Shown here in pieces: positions 27,800 to 49,400 of a stretch of 64,000 nucleotides of DNA. The notes below the pieces were generated by a model. That model ran no database searches. It was not told the DNA's origin and saw only the letters and a list, made by a program, of their open reading frames with translations. The translations under genes and the position numbers were made by a program. Source of the stretch: Amoebophrya sp. A120 (lineage: Eukaryota > Protista > Dinoflagellata); the NCBI GenBank assembly GCA_905178155.1, contig CAJINV010000007.1:1767341-1831340 (forward strand), given 5' to 3'. Numbering within the stretch: position 1 is the first letter of the stretch; each line of letters begins with the position of its first letter.

Positions 27800-30700
27800 A
27801 TGATGCCTTCGCGTCGTTGTACTAGCAGTCGGCGGACTCTTCTGTCCGGTGTATGCTCTGCGTTCTTGGCTGCATTGTTGCAAAACGCGACAGGCGCAGC
27901 TGTTACGCCGACAAGCTCTACTAGTATCTCAGGCTCCTCGGCGGGCGAAGGATATTTTTATCGCGAGGACCAGCAAGAACACGACGTGCGCACGTCCCCC
28001 GCACATAGTGACGGTGCTCAGGAGGAACACCAGCACGACCAACAGCTAGATCATGAAGCGACATCCTCCTCATCCGGTGCCTCGACCCCAGAACAGGTCT
28101 CTTCCCCAACTTGCTCGTCTTCCTCGTCGCTCCTCGCTCGAGGCCTGGGACCAGGCGGACCCACCACTGGGGATGTTGCTGATAATTGCAACACGTCAGA
28201 TCACAGCATGCTCCTGCTGCAGAAGGGATCTCCGCGGGGAGCAGAGCAAGACTGGATGGCGTTGTCACAACTTCTGGTGGACGAGATGAGCGAGTATGTC
28301 ATCGTCGAAGAGGATGGAGAAGAGAAGCCAGCGACAGGCTCGGCGCAAGGCCAAAAGCACAAGCAACAAGAAGCAGAGGGACTCGGAGGTGGATCTGGCG
28401 CGTCAGCCTCCTCCTCCGGGATTACAGGTCAAGGAGCTCCTTCTGTGCCGGAGATGACGCAAAACACCAGTCGCGGCGCGCTGGCCGCGCTACCCGAGGA
28501 GGGGGAGCCCCGGCAGGGAAACGGTGACGCCGGTGCGGGGCAAGAGCAGCCGCTGGGGTTTCTTGGAGGGTATGTAAGGGGTCGCCTTGCTAAATGTTTT
28601 CTGTTGGATTGGCAATCCGGGGCATTGGTATGCAGAATTACCACTGCTACATTGCCATTGTATGTCATGCATGTCTGCTTCTCAGTCGTAGGTATCGAGT
28701 CTTTCGCTTTAAAAACAGCTTCCTCCGCTTCGTAAAGAAGCCACCGTCGACCTGCGGTTCTGGCGAAACGGTTTCTAGTCGCGAACTAGCGCCTTCTGAT
28801 CCAGACGGTGGCGGCTCTGAGGTAAAAAAAATTGACAACTTTTGCTCGATGTACTACTGTTTTTGTAACTAGTTGTCTAGTCAGTCTTGCTAAAAATCAT
28901 GTGTAGTAGTTGCATCAAATTCGCGTTTGCAGCGCACCAAACGACATCATCAAGAAAACAAAATCACTCGATTTAGGGGCCCGAAAACACTGGCGCTACA
29001 GCCTGTGGCGTTCACCGGTCGCCGAGCACGGAAGCGGTGCTCATGGCCGAGGAGGATAAGGCGGATACTCAGAACGAAATCGAGTTGGGAGCGGAGGAAA
29101 ATACCAGCATTCCTCTTATCCCGTCCCCGCAGATGACCATGGTTGTGGAAGAACAGAACGAATGCGAATGGGGAGGCGGACAATTATACGCTCCAGGGCA
29201 TCAAGTGGAGTCGAGCTCAAGTTTTACTGAAAGAGCCAACATTGTGGTCTCTGCAAACGCATCTCCAGAAGGAACTGGAGCTGCTGGCCGCACTCTTATA
29301 ACTGCGTCGTCAACGACTGAGACGGAAGGCGGTGGGGGTCCTCCGAGCGCGGCAACAAGAACTACAAGCGCAACAAGTAAATCAAGCACTACTTTTCTGG
29401 CGCCCACAGCAGCCTACTTGGAAGGTCATCCACCCCCTGTGAAGCCGAAACCGCTGGAGCAACCATTTTCCCCGTTCTCCTCGTTTTCCGCGGGGTCCAC
29501 GGCGTCTCCGCTATGACGTTCTCAACTGTTACATTCTCAACTGTTGCGTGATTTGTCATGCAAAATTGCCATAAGCCGGCACGCGTCACGCGATCAAGGT
29601 GCTTCGCATGACAAATTATCTAAATCTGTTCCAAATTTATAATGCAAAGCACGCAATCTTCCCGCGTTCACTTTTGCTGTTCTTGCATGACAAATTCATG
29701 TAACAGTTGAGACTGTAACATTTGAGAATTCCATATCCGCCGCTATCACCGTCGGAGATGGACGCAACAAGCAAAACTATTGGGGGAAGATCATCTACCT
29801 CAGGCGCTGCCGTTTCTGGTCCTCAGCCTGTGTATCAGGATAGAAATCAGCAGCACCCACACTACGCCGAACCCATTTCTCTCGCCGCGGCCGCTACAAC
29901 CTGTATTTCTAACCTCGAAGGCCAAAAGCAAGTGACCGACTTTGTGAATGCGGTCTGCCAACACGAGCACCCGCTCGCTGGGAGTATGATCGACCTTGAA
30001 GGAGGGGCATCAACAGCTTCTACGGTGGCTGCAGCACAGCTGCAAAATCACCAAGGGCGTGAGCAGCATCCCGCGCCCGCCTCTACTACTGCTGCTTTCT
30101 ACGGTCCAACCATCACCACTCGGCCCCCGCAGTCCACGAAGTTGGTTCATCCGCCGGGCGCCATGGCGACAACCTCGACTCCTGATACCAACTCCTTGAA
30201 TTGTCCCACAAACACTTCTCTCGAGAACCTCCACCAACAAATCTCCATGTTCCCCGCAGACGCCGACCCGTGGCACCACTCCTCCTGGGGTGCGCTGCGA
30301 CAGGCCTGCGACAGAGTCATCCAAGATCAAGCACAACTCGAGCGCGACATCGAGCGCGCGAAACAGCTGGCAAGTAACGCGGGCGGTGGCTCTGGTGGAG
30401 GTGTTTCTTGCGGTGCGAGGGCGACGAGGCCGCCATGCGTCGAAAATTCGTCCCTTGACCACGCGACAACCATTAACATTGACACCGCACCTGTAGTCCC
30501 GGTCGTAACTACCGCAAACACCTGCCCCTGGACCGTGTCCGCGGATGTGGCAGACCTCGAAAGCGGTTTGTCGCACTTGACGCTTGACAAGGAGAGAAAA
30601 ATGAGTCCGCCCGCGACCCGGTTGATGATGGCAAACACTGTGCAGCCCGGCGTGGTGGTTGGAACACCTCCGACTACAGGCATGGGAGGTGCTGGAGCAT

Positions 30701-31029
30701 CTGCGGTCTCGTCCTCGGGGAAGGGCTACGGGTATTCTAATACCGGCTCTACGAATCAGCACCCTTTGAACAACGGACCACAGGCCGTGACGGAAGAAGA
30801 CTTTGCGCAAGCTTGGTACGGCTACGCGCCAAACAAAGAGTACGGGCCGACAAACGGCGGTAGGGACTGCCCTCCTTTCACCAACAACGGCTTTTTCCAA
30901 TCCACGGCGGGGAACTGTTTGAAGGAGTGCATCGAGCTGTTGTGCGGCTGCGCGAAAATGGCGGCGACTAGGACGATGCCGGCGAATTACGGGGTGGTCA
31001 GGACCGACCCAGTGAGGAAGAATGAGTGA
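27800..31029 (+). CDS. Hypothetical S/T/G-rich protein with a possible signal peptide; exons ~27800-28569, 28692-28821, 28977-29511, 29741-31029
   Basis: N-terminus MMPSRRCTSSRRTLLSGVCSAFLAALLQNATGA; two GT-AG introns and one introner join four ORF segments in frame. Confidence 0.65.
29512..29735. mobile_element. Introner (224 bp) with ~53-bp TIRs; TSD TCCGC (29507-29511 / 29736-29740)
   Basis: TATGACGTTCTCAACTGTTACATTCTCAACTGTTGCGTGATTTGTCATGCAA vs TATGGAATTCTCAAATGTTACAGTCTCAACTGTTACATGAATTTGTCATGCAA. Removal gives TASP-PLSPSEM. No GT donor or AG acceptor in any register. Confidence 0.92.
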
Positions 31030-31991
31030 CGAGGCGGGTCGTGGAAAGGACGTGTAGTAGAAGTACAAACTGAAACTGGACTTCTGCATTAGCAGTAGGG
31101 TTCCTCGGTCATCGCCACTATAGGTTTCCTCCGCTTGGTGCTACTTTTTTTGAGAATACTATATCCGACGAGCTTTGTATTGTTTCAAGACCAAGCAAAT
31201 TTTCGCTGTCACAGCACGAAAATGTTGATGGCTATTTTGAGAATACAAGAAAACGACAGAAGTTTACGAGATTTTCTATCAAGAGCAAGGGCCTACATCC
31301 AACACTGAGTTTGCAGTTCATGATCCATGGCTTATCCGTATCACTTTCCTTTTTACGCTTCCGAGTTCCATCAATTTCATATGTACTAAGCAAAATCTTG
31401 AAAAACATTGCGCCTCTCCGAAAGAAATGTATCCTGCTGATGTCCGCAAAATATTTTGACCAAAGTGATTTTGTGATCGAAGACAAATTAAAATGTAAGG
31501 AAAGGACCAGAGCGAGAGGGTGCTACTCGACAAAAAAAATGTTGGTGTTGTCGTTCGCTTAAAATCGAAAGCTTGAAGATCTTTTTCGATCTCGAAGATC
31601 AAGAACAGTCTTCGCAAAAACTTCGCGGCGTGACATCAAAACCTTTTTGATATCTTCACGAACTACAAATTTTCATCAGGAATTGCTACGCCAAAGTAGG
31701 TATGACGGCCACTCAAGAAGCGCTGTTGTAAAAACTGTAACGACAAAGGATTTTTTTATTTAGGTACAACATCGATTATTTCAGTAGCTAGGTAGTACTC
31801 TGTTTTCGTGCACAAAGAAAGTTCTTCACCGGAAAAATTGTTGTATCGTAGCAGGCACAAGAAAACCATCAAAACCAGAAAGAAGCAGGTAGAATATGTA
31901 CCACGAGAGTGATTTTCAGTAGACTTTTGACAGGAAAATATCCTCTTTGTGAACACCAACACGAAAGAATCTACCTCCGAAAGCCGACAAA

Positions 31992-38928
<6,937 letters not shown>

Positions 38929-41900
38929 ACGATTTCTTGAATCTGTTCGACGATAGTAGTTGTGTGCCTACTATTAATTGTGTAAGTTCAGATTTGATAT
39001 TCCTCTAGATGATGAATCGCATCAACATGATGTGGACATTCCCATTGTTGACAAAAAGTATTTAGAAAACGAAAACGAATGACGTCGGACAAATGACCGC
39101 GAAGAGCAAGGTCGAGCTTGTATCTCTCTCAGCTGTGATTGCTCCTGCTCCTTCGCTTGAAGAGTTGTCAAGGGCTATTGCGGCTGAGACGAAGAGCGAG
39201 AACTTCCATTTTGGTAACGAACCATGTAAACCACGAGCTTTTTTTTTCAACAAGCATCAGAAGGCGAAGATTAGGCTGAGCTGCTGCGAACAACTTTTTT
39301 TTTCAATTTCTGAATTTCACGAAAGACCCTAGCTTTGACTCTATTAAAATACAAATAGCACATCAGGTGAGCTACAAGGAGTAATCAAACTGTTTCTATT
39401 GCTAAAAGAGGACAAACGTGACAAAAAATCTTCGGAGGACAAGTATCAAGAAATTATCGCAAAAAGCTCGATCCATTGAGCAGTAGAGTATTTATTATCG
39501 TTTGAATAGACACAAATCTTGTACTGGAAAAAACTTGAGTTTAGAAGTTATCGAAAATAGGAATACGAATACGCGTTCGCCGCGGGACCAACACCCCACC
39601 ACGCTGGAGCAGCGCTTATCGCAGAACTAGTTTATCGAACATTTACGCTGTTTCAGAGTAGCAGGGCCGCTGTGCTAAGACTTTATTGATTTGATATAAG
39701 AATATGCTATCAACAAAATTTTCACTGGCTGTCTGTTTCCTACTTCAGGGGCAACAAAAAACAACTAACCCACCTCAGCAGGAAAGATACGCTTCAGGGT
39801 TGCCATAGAATCACTGAAGTAGAGAGCAACGGCCAGACCGCAAAAACATTTCTGAAGTTAGATTGTTTAGTTTTAGCAGAGCTGTTTACAACGAAGAAGT
39901 TCAGGCCGCGCGCGATTTAAGGTTCTTTCATCTCGTCTGCACTCTTGCGCTTGTTTTTACAGCGCAGGTTTCCAGCGAATCAGAACCGTTCTTGTGGCGG
40001 CTCCATAAATTGATAGGATTTGTTTAACATCGGGATGGGAGGCATGAATGAACCGAAGACGTAGAGGCTTTTCGCACCGTCTCCGAGGACTTCGAAAAGA
40101 ACAACAGCATCATTTTTTCCGTGGATGCAAAAACCTAGTCACAAATCTCGGCAAGCTTCTCACTGTGCTAGTAGAGCCCTCGATGGAAAGATGCGGCGAC
40201 AGAGGACAAATCAACCGCTAGATGCCGCAAACAAGCCGATAGCGATTGTAAAAAGCAGCAGCATGGCGGCTTCGTTTCTATAGTCTGCTTTCTGTAGTAG
40301 CTTCTCATTTCTTGATGAGAACAGGAAGTGGGTCGTAGCCACGGCGGCAGTATGACTTTCTAGCCTAGGTGAAGTGTTTTGAGATTCTGATTGGTTTTTG
40401 CTGCCATTTTCATTACACATATTTTCCTCAGCTTTGCTTTTTTATCTGCAGGAGCGGGACTTCTCAAGTGGAGCACGAGAAGTATCGTGAACAAGAATTG
40501 TACACCAAGTCAACGCGTTTGGATAAACTATTTTTTATTTTTACGAATGTTAGGACACGTCGACGCAAAGTCACAGGTCAACCTTCAAATTTTAGGGCAC
40601 GCTTTTTTCATCAACACAACAGAAAATGAAAAACGCAACAAGAAGACCCAAAAATAATATAGCAGTCTACGTCCATCGTGGAAAAGGGAAACAAAAACCA
40701 CGCTGCTCCATGATAATTTGCATGTTGAAGTTACATGATTCGAGTAAAAAAAAAACAAACAGGCTCTCGGACTCTCGACAGGATTCTCGAGTGTCAGTAG
40801 AGTTTCATAGTGAAGTAGTTTTCAACCGTTATTTCTGTTTCGACTGTATAAAACCTGTATCTATATTTCGTCAAGAACAGCACAAGTAGTGTCGGACAAG
40901 TTCAAACAAGGAGGCTGCTACAACTTCTAAAGCTCCACCACCGCGCTCCCGGGAAGCTGTATTGGCTCACCCTGTGGCGCTTGTTGGGTCGCGGCAATAA
41001 TGTTGAAAAAAATGTAAATCATTTTGGTGATGTCGTGGTCCCAAAAAGCTGATGACAGAGCATTGTGGTTCTGCTTCTGCCACCGGGGGCCAAAAAAGAA
41101 AAAACCAACGAGGTTAGTAGAACTACTACGCATTCTTGCGGCGAGTAAGTACTGACTTATGCTTATCTGAGCTCCCGTTACTGGTCATTGGAATGAGACG
41201 GACACGATTCACCTCGCTCCATCAAGAGTGTGGTTTCGTGTATGACCTGCAACGCGGCTGGAGTCTTGTAGGTCAAGAAAGTAGGCAGAAATAGGAGTGG
41301 TTCAAAAACAACGGCAACAGATGGAGAGCAGGCATGATCTCGCCCATACACATACTACTTTCACGGCTACTTAGATTAATATTATACCGCAGTAGTATCA
41401 GCATCTATTTGGCAGTTACGACGGCGCGGTGGGTGCCCTAATGGGACAGCCGGTGCGGTGATCACAGCATCATTTTTTTTTTGTGACTTGTTTTTGTGTG
41501 CGCGACCCCGCCTGTGTTTATGTATTCATGTTTCCGTTTCCGAGTACTGAAGCACGCAGCATCATGTACAACTCTACTTGTGAAACTTCAACACTATAAT
41601 TTATCATGATTTTGACAGCAAAAGAATGTATGGAAAGGCGTAGCACTACTACAACTCTATTCTTGTTTCAATGAGCCTGAATGTTGACTAATTTCGACAA
41701 CTAAGACGAGCTATGTTTGAAATGACACTGCGACTATACGAAGAAAATTGTCGCTCTGTAGTACTCCTGCTATTTTCTTACCAATTCTATGCGCAATTGT
41801 GCAGAAGGCAAGATTCTATGCGCAACGCACAGTACTAGACCAAATACAAATAGCAAGGGTAGGTTCTTTAGCGATATTTTTCAGAAGGAGTCGAATATTT

Positions 41901-43444
41901 TGATATAGAGAATGAGAAACGTGAAGAACAAACGCGATGAAATCCAAAGTAAAGCAAGCTGCAGGAGAATCTTTCCATCAATATCGAATGAATCCTTCGA
42001 AGACACTCTACCACCTTCTAGCACCTTCGCTTGAATTTATTCGAATACTTTGTTTAACAGAGCGCTGCTGCTGCAATCACACAGAAATATTGAGGAAAAA
42101 ACCAAGTTTTCAAAAACAACTTTTGCCCGCTGGCACAGCTCCTTTTCATATTCTTTAAAGGAGGAGAAGAAAGAAAGTGAAAAATGAAGGCGGGTGAAAG
42201 TAGAAACCTTGAAAAGTAAAAGTAAAAAAATGGTTGCAGTAGTCAGCACAGCAAGAAGAGCATCGCTACTCGAACTACACTTAGAGATGATAGTATCGCG
42301 CGATAAGTTTAAGTAGGATGAAATAAAGTTCGAATAGATAAGCAAGCGAGATAAAAAAAAGACGTCAAAGAAGGTAGAACTACATCAAATGGCGCACTGA
42401 AAAGATGAAAATAGAAAACTACTCATCCCCTGATGTTATGATCTAGCAAATAAACCAATCGCCAAGGTGTAGTGCTGGCGGTTAGTTTGGATTCCGGACG
42501 TCGGATGAGAGCCGCGGTCCTTCTAAAATCAAGAACGCAAAGATTTGTGGCGAATTCAAATTTTATCACAAAAATCTCAAACAGTCCAGAAGAAACCAAG
42601 TAGGGGCGACTACTTGTACTCGGCTTTATCTCCGGCGGGCGCTTCGTGTCTTTGTCGCTGTACTCGAACCCACCTTCAGATGTTTGTTTTTCTGATTTCT
42701 TTCGAACCTGATTCTTTTTTTCTTTTCATCGTGCTTGGCTTCTAGAAGGCCAATCGGATCCAATTTGTTTTGGTTTTCTTTTTGATGTGTGTAGCAGAGA
42801 GGACGGTTATTGGCATTTGCATTGCAGCTAAATATAAAGTGGGGGAGTTGGATGAAAAGAAAGACGAGCAGATTGATCACCCGTGAGAGAAGCAGAGATA
42901 CGACGAGTGAGGATGACCTAAAGTAACAGTCGCGCGCGTGAGATTTTTATCTTGTAGTTAAAGTAACAAAACGTAGTTCGATGTTAGAGTTAGTCCTGTT
43001 TCTGTTTGAGGAAACAAGAAAAATGAAAGCCCCCTGTGGCGAAAATGGTGAATGTTCGCTTGTGTTGTTTCCATTCATCTCGTTTGTGTGTTGTTGGTGA
43101 TAATTGCGTGCGTCGCCAAGACAACAGCAAGCGCCGGCCGCGCTTGCGCGGTGGGGGTGGCCGCAGCGCAACATCAACAGGCCGATAGTATGGAGCGGAC
43201 GAGTGGCAGCTCCACGGAGATTTGCGTTGCAGCCATTGCTCCAGACGCAAGGGTAACAAGTGCAATGGCCTTCTCCCCGCTCTTCACGATAGCGTCGCTG
43301 TTCTACTTTTCGAGGTGGACATGCTGGGAGGGCGCTTCCACCGAGGAATACAAGTGTCATCGGGAAGATGATTTTTCTCCAGCCACAGGCACAGCTTTGA
43401 CTTGTTGAGTCCGTCTTCAGGAGCGCATGAATAACTAGGGGATC

Positions 43445-46400
43445 ATGGCTGACGCAGCAGGCCCCTCCGCCCCAGCGGCTGGAAAAGACGCTGCGCCAGC
43501 GGCCGCTTCTGCGGCTGCAGAAGGCACAAAAGACACCGCGCCCGCTGCAGAAAAAAAGGATGACAGCGCGAGTTCTAAAACCGCAGCAGTTCCTTCTGGA
43601 GGCGGTTCAGCAAAAGCCGGGCCGGATGACGCCGGAAAAAATGCAGCGGACAAAACGAAGAACAAAGACGCCGAGCAAGAAAATGATCAGCCGGAATTGA
43701 CCGAAGGCGAAGCGGACGCGCGAGAGGCCCTGCTGAACGTCGGCGTCACGCCCAGAGTTGTGTACCAAGACTTTCAGAAACAAAATCGCGCCTACAAATA
43801 CAAATTTGGGCTCGCGGCGGGACAAGCGCCGAGCAGGGGTACGCAGAGAGAAATCGAGTGCCGACAGAGAACCTGGCGAATCACCCTGGCGCACATTCAA
43901 CTTCAACCGGAGACTGACGAGCTGTGCAGTGGGAATAAGTATTTACTGGTGCTCTACGTTGGCAGGGATCAGAAAGAATTTCTCGTCAAGGGCGGAATCT
44001 TCCTGCTTGGAAGGTTAGGGAAAGTCTTTCGCGTCCCGCTACCGCAACTGGTCCAGAAAAGCGAGGCGATATCTTTACCCGAATCGACGAAGTTTCAGAC
44101 CGATTTCTCCCTTTCCTACGCACAGGTGGAATCCCAAACTTTAACCGCGGAGCTCTGGCAACTTCGCAGATTTGGCCCGAACAGGTTGGACTGTTGGTGC
44201 GCTGAGTCACTCGCCAATGTCATCCCGCGGGAAAACCCCCGGATCTCGCTCCGGCTCGGGAGGGTGGATAAGTTTGGCTACAAATCGATACGGCTGCGCG
44301 TCGATTTTTTCATTCGGGTAGAGGAAGTGCACTTGTTCGATGTATGGTTCCAAAACTGGAGCATAAAAAAGCTCACGGACGCGACCGAGTTGTATGATCG
44401 AGCGGTGCGGGCGGACCGGAAAAATAAGGAGAAGGAAAAGGCACTGGCGATGGCAGAAAAAGAAACGAGGAATCGAAAATTCGCTTTGGGGTTAACAGGG
44501 GACGCTTTAACGAAGCAGATGCTGCAATTTCTACTCATCGCGACAGAAGGCAGGGGGAGCGTGGAAGATCCGAAACTGTGGCTGGAAGCTGCAGAGCCCT
44601 TGATAGTACCGAGGCGAAGAAGTAGAGGGAGCTCTGCTGAAGCTGATGTTGTTGGAAGTAGACTCTCTACTGCTTCGGCTGGATCTGACCCCGGGCTAGA
44701 AATGATCGCAGACCGTGTGGGGAGCCGCGAGTCCGGGTTTGGCGCACGAAGAACCCTAGCGGAGCAAGAAGACCTCGCATTGAAGCTCTACCCCAGCAGG
44801 TTTGTCCGCGAGGTGCTACATCTGGGTACGAGATTCGCGAAACGCTTTGAGAACGAGCCAGAAATGTTTTTTCCGTACGCACTGATCGTGGTATTGTCGA
44901 GGATGGATGTTTTTTTGCAAGAGCGGGCGGAGGGGAAGATGTTGACCATGGACGCAGGAGCACTAGGAGGTGGGCCAAGAATTACAACAACTACATTGTT
45001 AACCAGATTTACATCCTCTGGTGGACCCCCCGCCGCGTTTGTTGAGGGTGTGCACCAGTCGGAAAATCTGTACAGCGGGTCGTCGTCTGCGTCCTCCCCT
45101 CCCTCCTCTTCCTCTCGAGCAGCCTCCGGACAGATTGGCTTCGGCAACTCGAGTTCAGATGAAAAAAGCCAGTTTTCGCCGTCCTCTGTGAAGAACTACG
45201 CGCACGAGAAAACGAAATCTCCGGGCGTTTTCCTGTTTGCTCCGGGGGATGATCTTGCTCAAGATGAAGAGGGAGCAAAGTCGACGGAACCAAAGCAGGA
45301 TAAATTTGATCCACGCGCCTCAGTCGTGAGTCGACAAGGGGATGACGACGCGCCTGTCACTTTATTTAACGATCCAGAAGGTCCTGAGCAGCTGCGTAGA
45401 CCAGAGGACTTCCTTCAGAGGCTCATTCAGAATGAAACCTCCACAGCCTCCGCTGCAAACAACCACCCAAATAACTCGTCCTCTTCCTCCACATCCAACA
45501 CCGATTACCAGGTTTGCGAAGTCGACGCCGTGAAGTCCTTGAGTGTCAGCACGAGATCCCACCGCACGAAGCTTGGGAGATTGAAAACCTGGATGGTGAT
45601 TGACGTGCTGGGGAAGTCCCCCGCGAGGGTGTACAGTAAGCCCGCAATTGGGAAGCAGATGGAGTACGAAATTGCGGGGAACTACGGCTTCAAGGGCGTT
45701 TTGTCAGAGCTCCAGTCCTTGTCTATGGTGATCCGGGTGTACACCAACCAAAGATCCGTGTTTGAGAAAAAGTGTTTGACTTTCCGCGATCAGAACATGC
45801 TGGCGTCGAACGGTGGGAAGAAAATGAAGAACGGATCGAAAATCAATGGAACTCGCAGGTCGACCGGGAAGAAGATATCGAAATCCGCGGCTGTCAGCAA
45901 AACGGAATCTTCAAAAAAATCATCAACATCAAACATGACCGCAATTGGTCGGCGGCAGCTGCTCTCCACCACTCTAGATCTGGAAGAAGCAACACAGGAC
46001 GCGGCAAGGAAAACCAAACTCCTGGCAAAGCTCCTTCGCCCGGGCGGGCCGAGAAAAGCTTTGGTCGACATGCAGCGGAACGTCCGGATGAGAAGGAAGC
46101 GGATGGTGTGTTTAGCGCGAACTGTTGTGAAATTTGAGAGCTTAGCGCAGGGGGTCTTTGAGAAGGAACTCGACCCCGCTCCCGCGGTTGCAAAACGGCT
46201 CGGAAAACAAGCTTTCTTGTCTCTGCCGTTGCTGCAACTTCTCGAGCAGCAGAACGGGGATCGTTCATCTTCGGGAGGCGCAGGCGACGGGAAGATGAAC
46301 AGCAAAACGGGCGCGGCTTCGCAAGGTGAAGGAGGCGTCAGTAGTACGCCCAAAACCACGTCGGAAGCAGGATCCTCTATCTCGCCAACAAGCACTGCTA

Positions 46401-49400
46401 TCGCACCAGGAGCAGAGCGACAGCCGGTGCCAGGATCTGCTAAAAACGCCAAATCCTCTACCAAGACCAACAAGGATGATCGGCAGCACAACAACTTCGA
46501 AAACATCGGGACCCTCCAGGGCTACCTCCGTTTAAACGATGACGACCGACCTTTACCCAGGTACACATCGCTTGTCCAATCCACCAGAGGGCTATCCGGA
46601 CTCTCCCGCTACGTCGGAGGGATTCTCGAGAAGCAAACCGGCCACGCTTACCTCATCGTGCAAATAGACGAGGTGAAAAACGTCGAGCTTTGGCGGGGGT
46701 TGGAGTCTTTCGGCCAGAACGCAGCGACCACGGACACCTTCGTGGAGGTGCGGTGTGACGAAACAACTCTGAAAACCGAAACGACAGAGGATTCCACTTC
46801 TCTCGCGGTTTTTCGCGAGGAGCTGCTCTTCGACCTCGGACCAGCCGAAACCGTTTTGCAGAAAATCAAAACGCAAAACGGCTTGGAAGTCAGAATCGAC
46901 CTGTGGCTGGACAGCGATAGTTTTGCGGAGCACATCGGGTTTTGCACGGATAGCGTAGTGAATCTATTGAAATTCGGGGTAGAGGAAGAAGTCGAGATGG
47001 CGGTGGCGACGACGGACGGCGCGAGCAGGGAAAGGATCACGGAGGTTGTGGAGAAAAACACGTGTCAGATACTAAGGAGACGAGGTGTGCCTTTGCGGAA
47101 GGGCGGCGATATTGGTGCAGCGTCGTCCACTGCAGGTGGCACCGCTGCCGCCGCTCTGCACAACGCCGCGAACGCGGAGCGCAACACGATATCCTACGCA
47201 ATGTTCATCGCCCACGGGGAGCACGGGGGCTTTTCATCTCCGCGGAAGAAGCAACTGTTGCGCGGCGCCCACAAACAAGCGGTAACGAAGCACCAGCACA
47301 TGCATAGTTTCCGACTTTTACACGACGCGGCGGTGGCAGCTTTGGCAGCGGATGGGAATATGTCTGTGAAGCAAGTGGAGAAAACTGTACTGGGCAAAGT
47401 CTTGACGTCGCCGGGCGCTGGTGGGCTAGACGAGCTTGACGCAGTAGAAGTGGACGAATCGCCGACTGGCACAGACGACGACAAATCTCACTCGTCCGGC
47501 GCGTCGGGCGACGAGGAAAATGAGAGGCGCAGCGTGCAGAAATCCGTTCTAGCAACCACGCGGTCGATGCTCGGAAACTACAAGAGCAACAAAACCTTGG
47601 CGGGTGGTGGTCGTGGTGTGGGGACCGACTATTCCGCGATTGCCGCCGGTGCGGCTTTGTTGCCGTTTGTTGCCGCGCACAATCCGGGCCGAATCAAAGA
47701 TTCCTTTCCAAGTGACATGGTAAAGTGGATGTTTGTGCAAGAGTGTCGTACGCAAACCGAACACCAGGCACAGAACGCCGCATCATTTTCATCTTCGTCG
47801 TCCAGAGGCTTCGGAAGTAGTGGTGGCGTTCAACAACATCTTTCCGAAGCAGGAGCCGCTTCCTACCTGCGCTCCCAACATTTTCTGCAAGAAAACCTTC
47901 GCCTCCGCCCCTTCGCACCCGGGCCGGCGTACCTTCATGGGATCCTGCATTCTCCGAACCCGCGGAACTTCAACGTCTCCAGGCTAGGCCACGACTACTT
48001 GCCACACTTCTTATCGACTTTTTGCGGGAAAACACAGCCGGCGCCGCAATTAGAAACGAGTGAGGAAGTCTGTTATTGGATCTCGTGTTTGCAATATCGA
48101 GACGATCACCAAGCAGGGCCATCGAAGTCGTCAATCGGGAGTGCTAGCACGGCTACAGTAGACAACGAAGTTTGGCAAGCTCCGGATCTCACGCTTTCCG
48201 AGCGCAGCGGCGGGCAGTTGGAGCACGTTTTACTGCACTACGCTCTTCTGCGGTCGATCAACAAGTTTCCCTTCATCTGTGTCGGTACGCTGCACAGCGG
48301 CAAGCCGCACGTCTGGTTGGCAACACTAGAGAAGCGAGGGAACGTGAGGTTTTGGGAACCGCAGAGTTCTGGGTGTGGCATTGCTGGAATGAGTAGTTCA
48401 TCAGGAACTACTCTTGAGTCTTCACATGGGAACATCAAAGCTGGCGCCGCACTACCCAAAAATCTGACTCGTTCTTCCGTTCCGAAACCTTTCCGAGAGC
48501 TACCAACCCGCATTTCCCACCCGGAGCAGTGGAGGCTCGTGGCGCGCAGCTTTTACTCGCACAAGGGCGAGGAAAAATGGCAAAACGTTGAACTGCACCG
48601 CCGGAGACTGCTGTTCGCACAGAGGATTGCATTTCTGTTTCATGTGCGAAAACGATCGAGTTCGAGGTCAAGCTCCGGCACGAACAACAGCGCCGCGTCG
48701 TCCATTATCTGGGTTTTCGACCGGCAGAAGCGAGAAGCTGCGGATGAGCTCGTCAACCAGCAGGACAGCGACTTGCAACGGCGGAAGAACCTCTTTCAGA
48801 CGAGGAACTCTGTGGTCGAGAAGAAATTACAAGATCTGACGGAGATCGAAAACTTTTTAAAAGTTCAAGAGACGCTCCGGAAAGCGAGTTTGAAATGCTG
48901 CCGAAAAGTCGCGGAGGTCGAAGATAACGAGGAGATGCGGTTTGCGATTCCCGGTGGGCTGAATATCGACACGCAGTTAGTTCTGCAGAGCGAAAAGCTA
49001 CGCGACCACACGCTCGTATACACCGATATCTTCCACGACGGACTTGTTGAGAGAGGGGATTTGCCGGGTGATGTCGCTGGAGAGGATACCTCTGGTCGGG
49101 CGTCGGTGTCTGGAACTAGTGGAAACAACTCCAGAGTGAACGCAGGACCGGACGCGAAGGAGCATCCAGATGATGATGCCAGGTCAGGCGCAACTTTCCG
49201 GCAACATATGAGCCGAAAATATCGGAAGCATCTACTGTTCAGTGAGTCCCTCGACGAGGCAGACCAGAACATTCTTCGGACGGAGATTTTGCAAAATTTC
49301 CTTTCCTCGACAGATTTGCGCACTGGAAAGGCGGTTATGTGTCCGCCTGGAAAAAATGGAAAGGACAACAAAACCGAGAAGAAAAAATCCGATACGCAAG

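Noticed and set aside
39000-43400. Short ORFs in the AT-rich gap between DBP2 and the giant gene
   Set aside because: No homology, codon bias or consistent exon chain visible; no RNA gene recognised.
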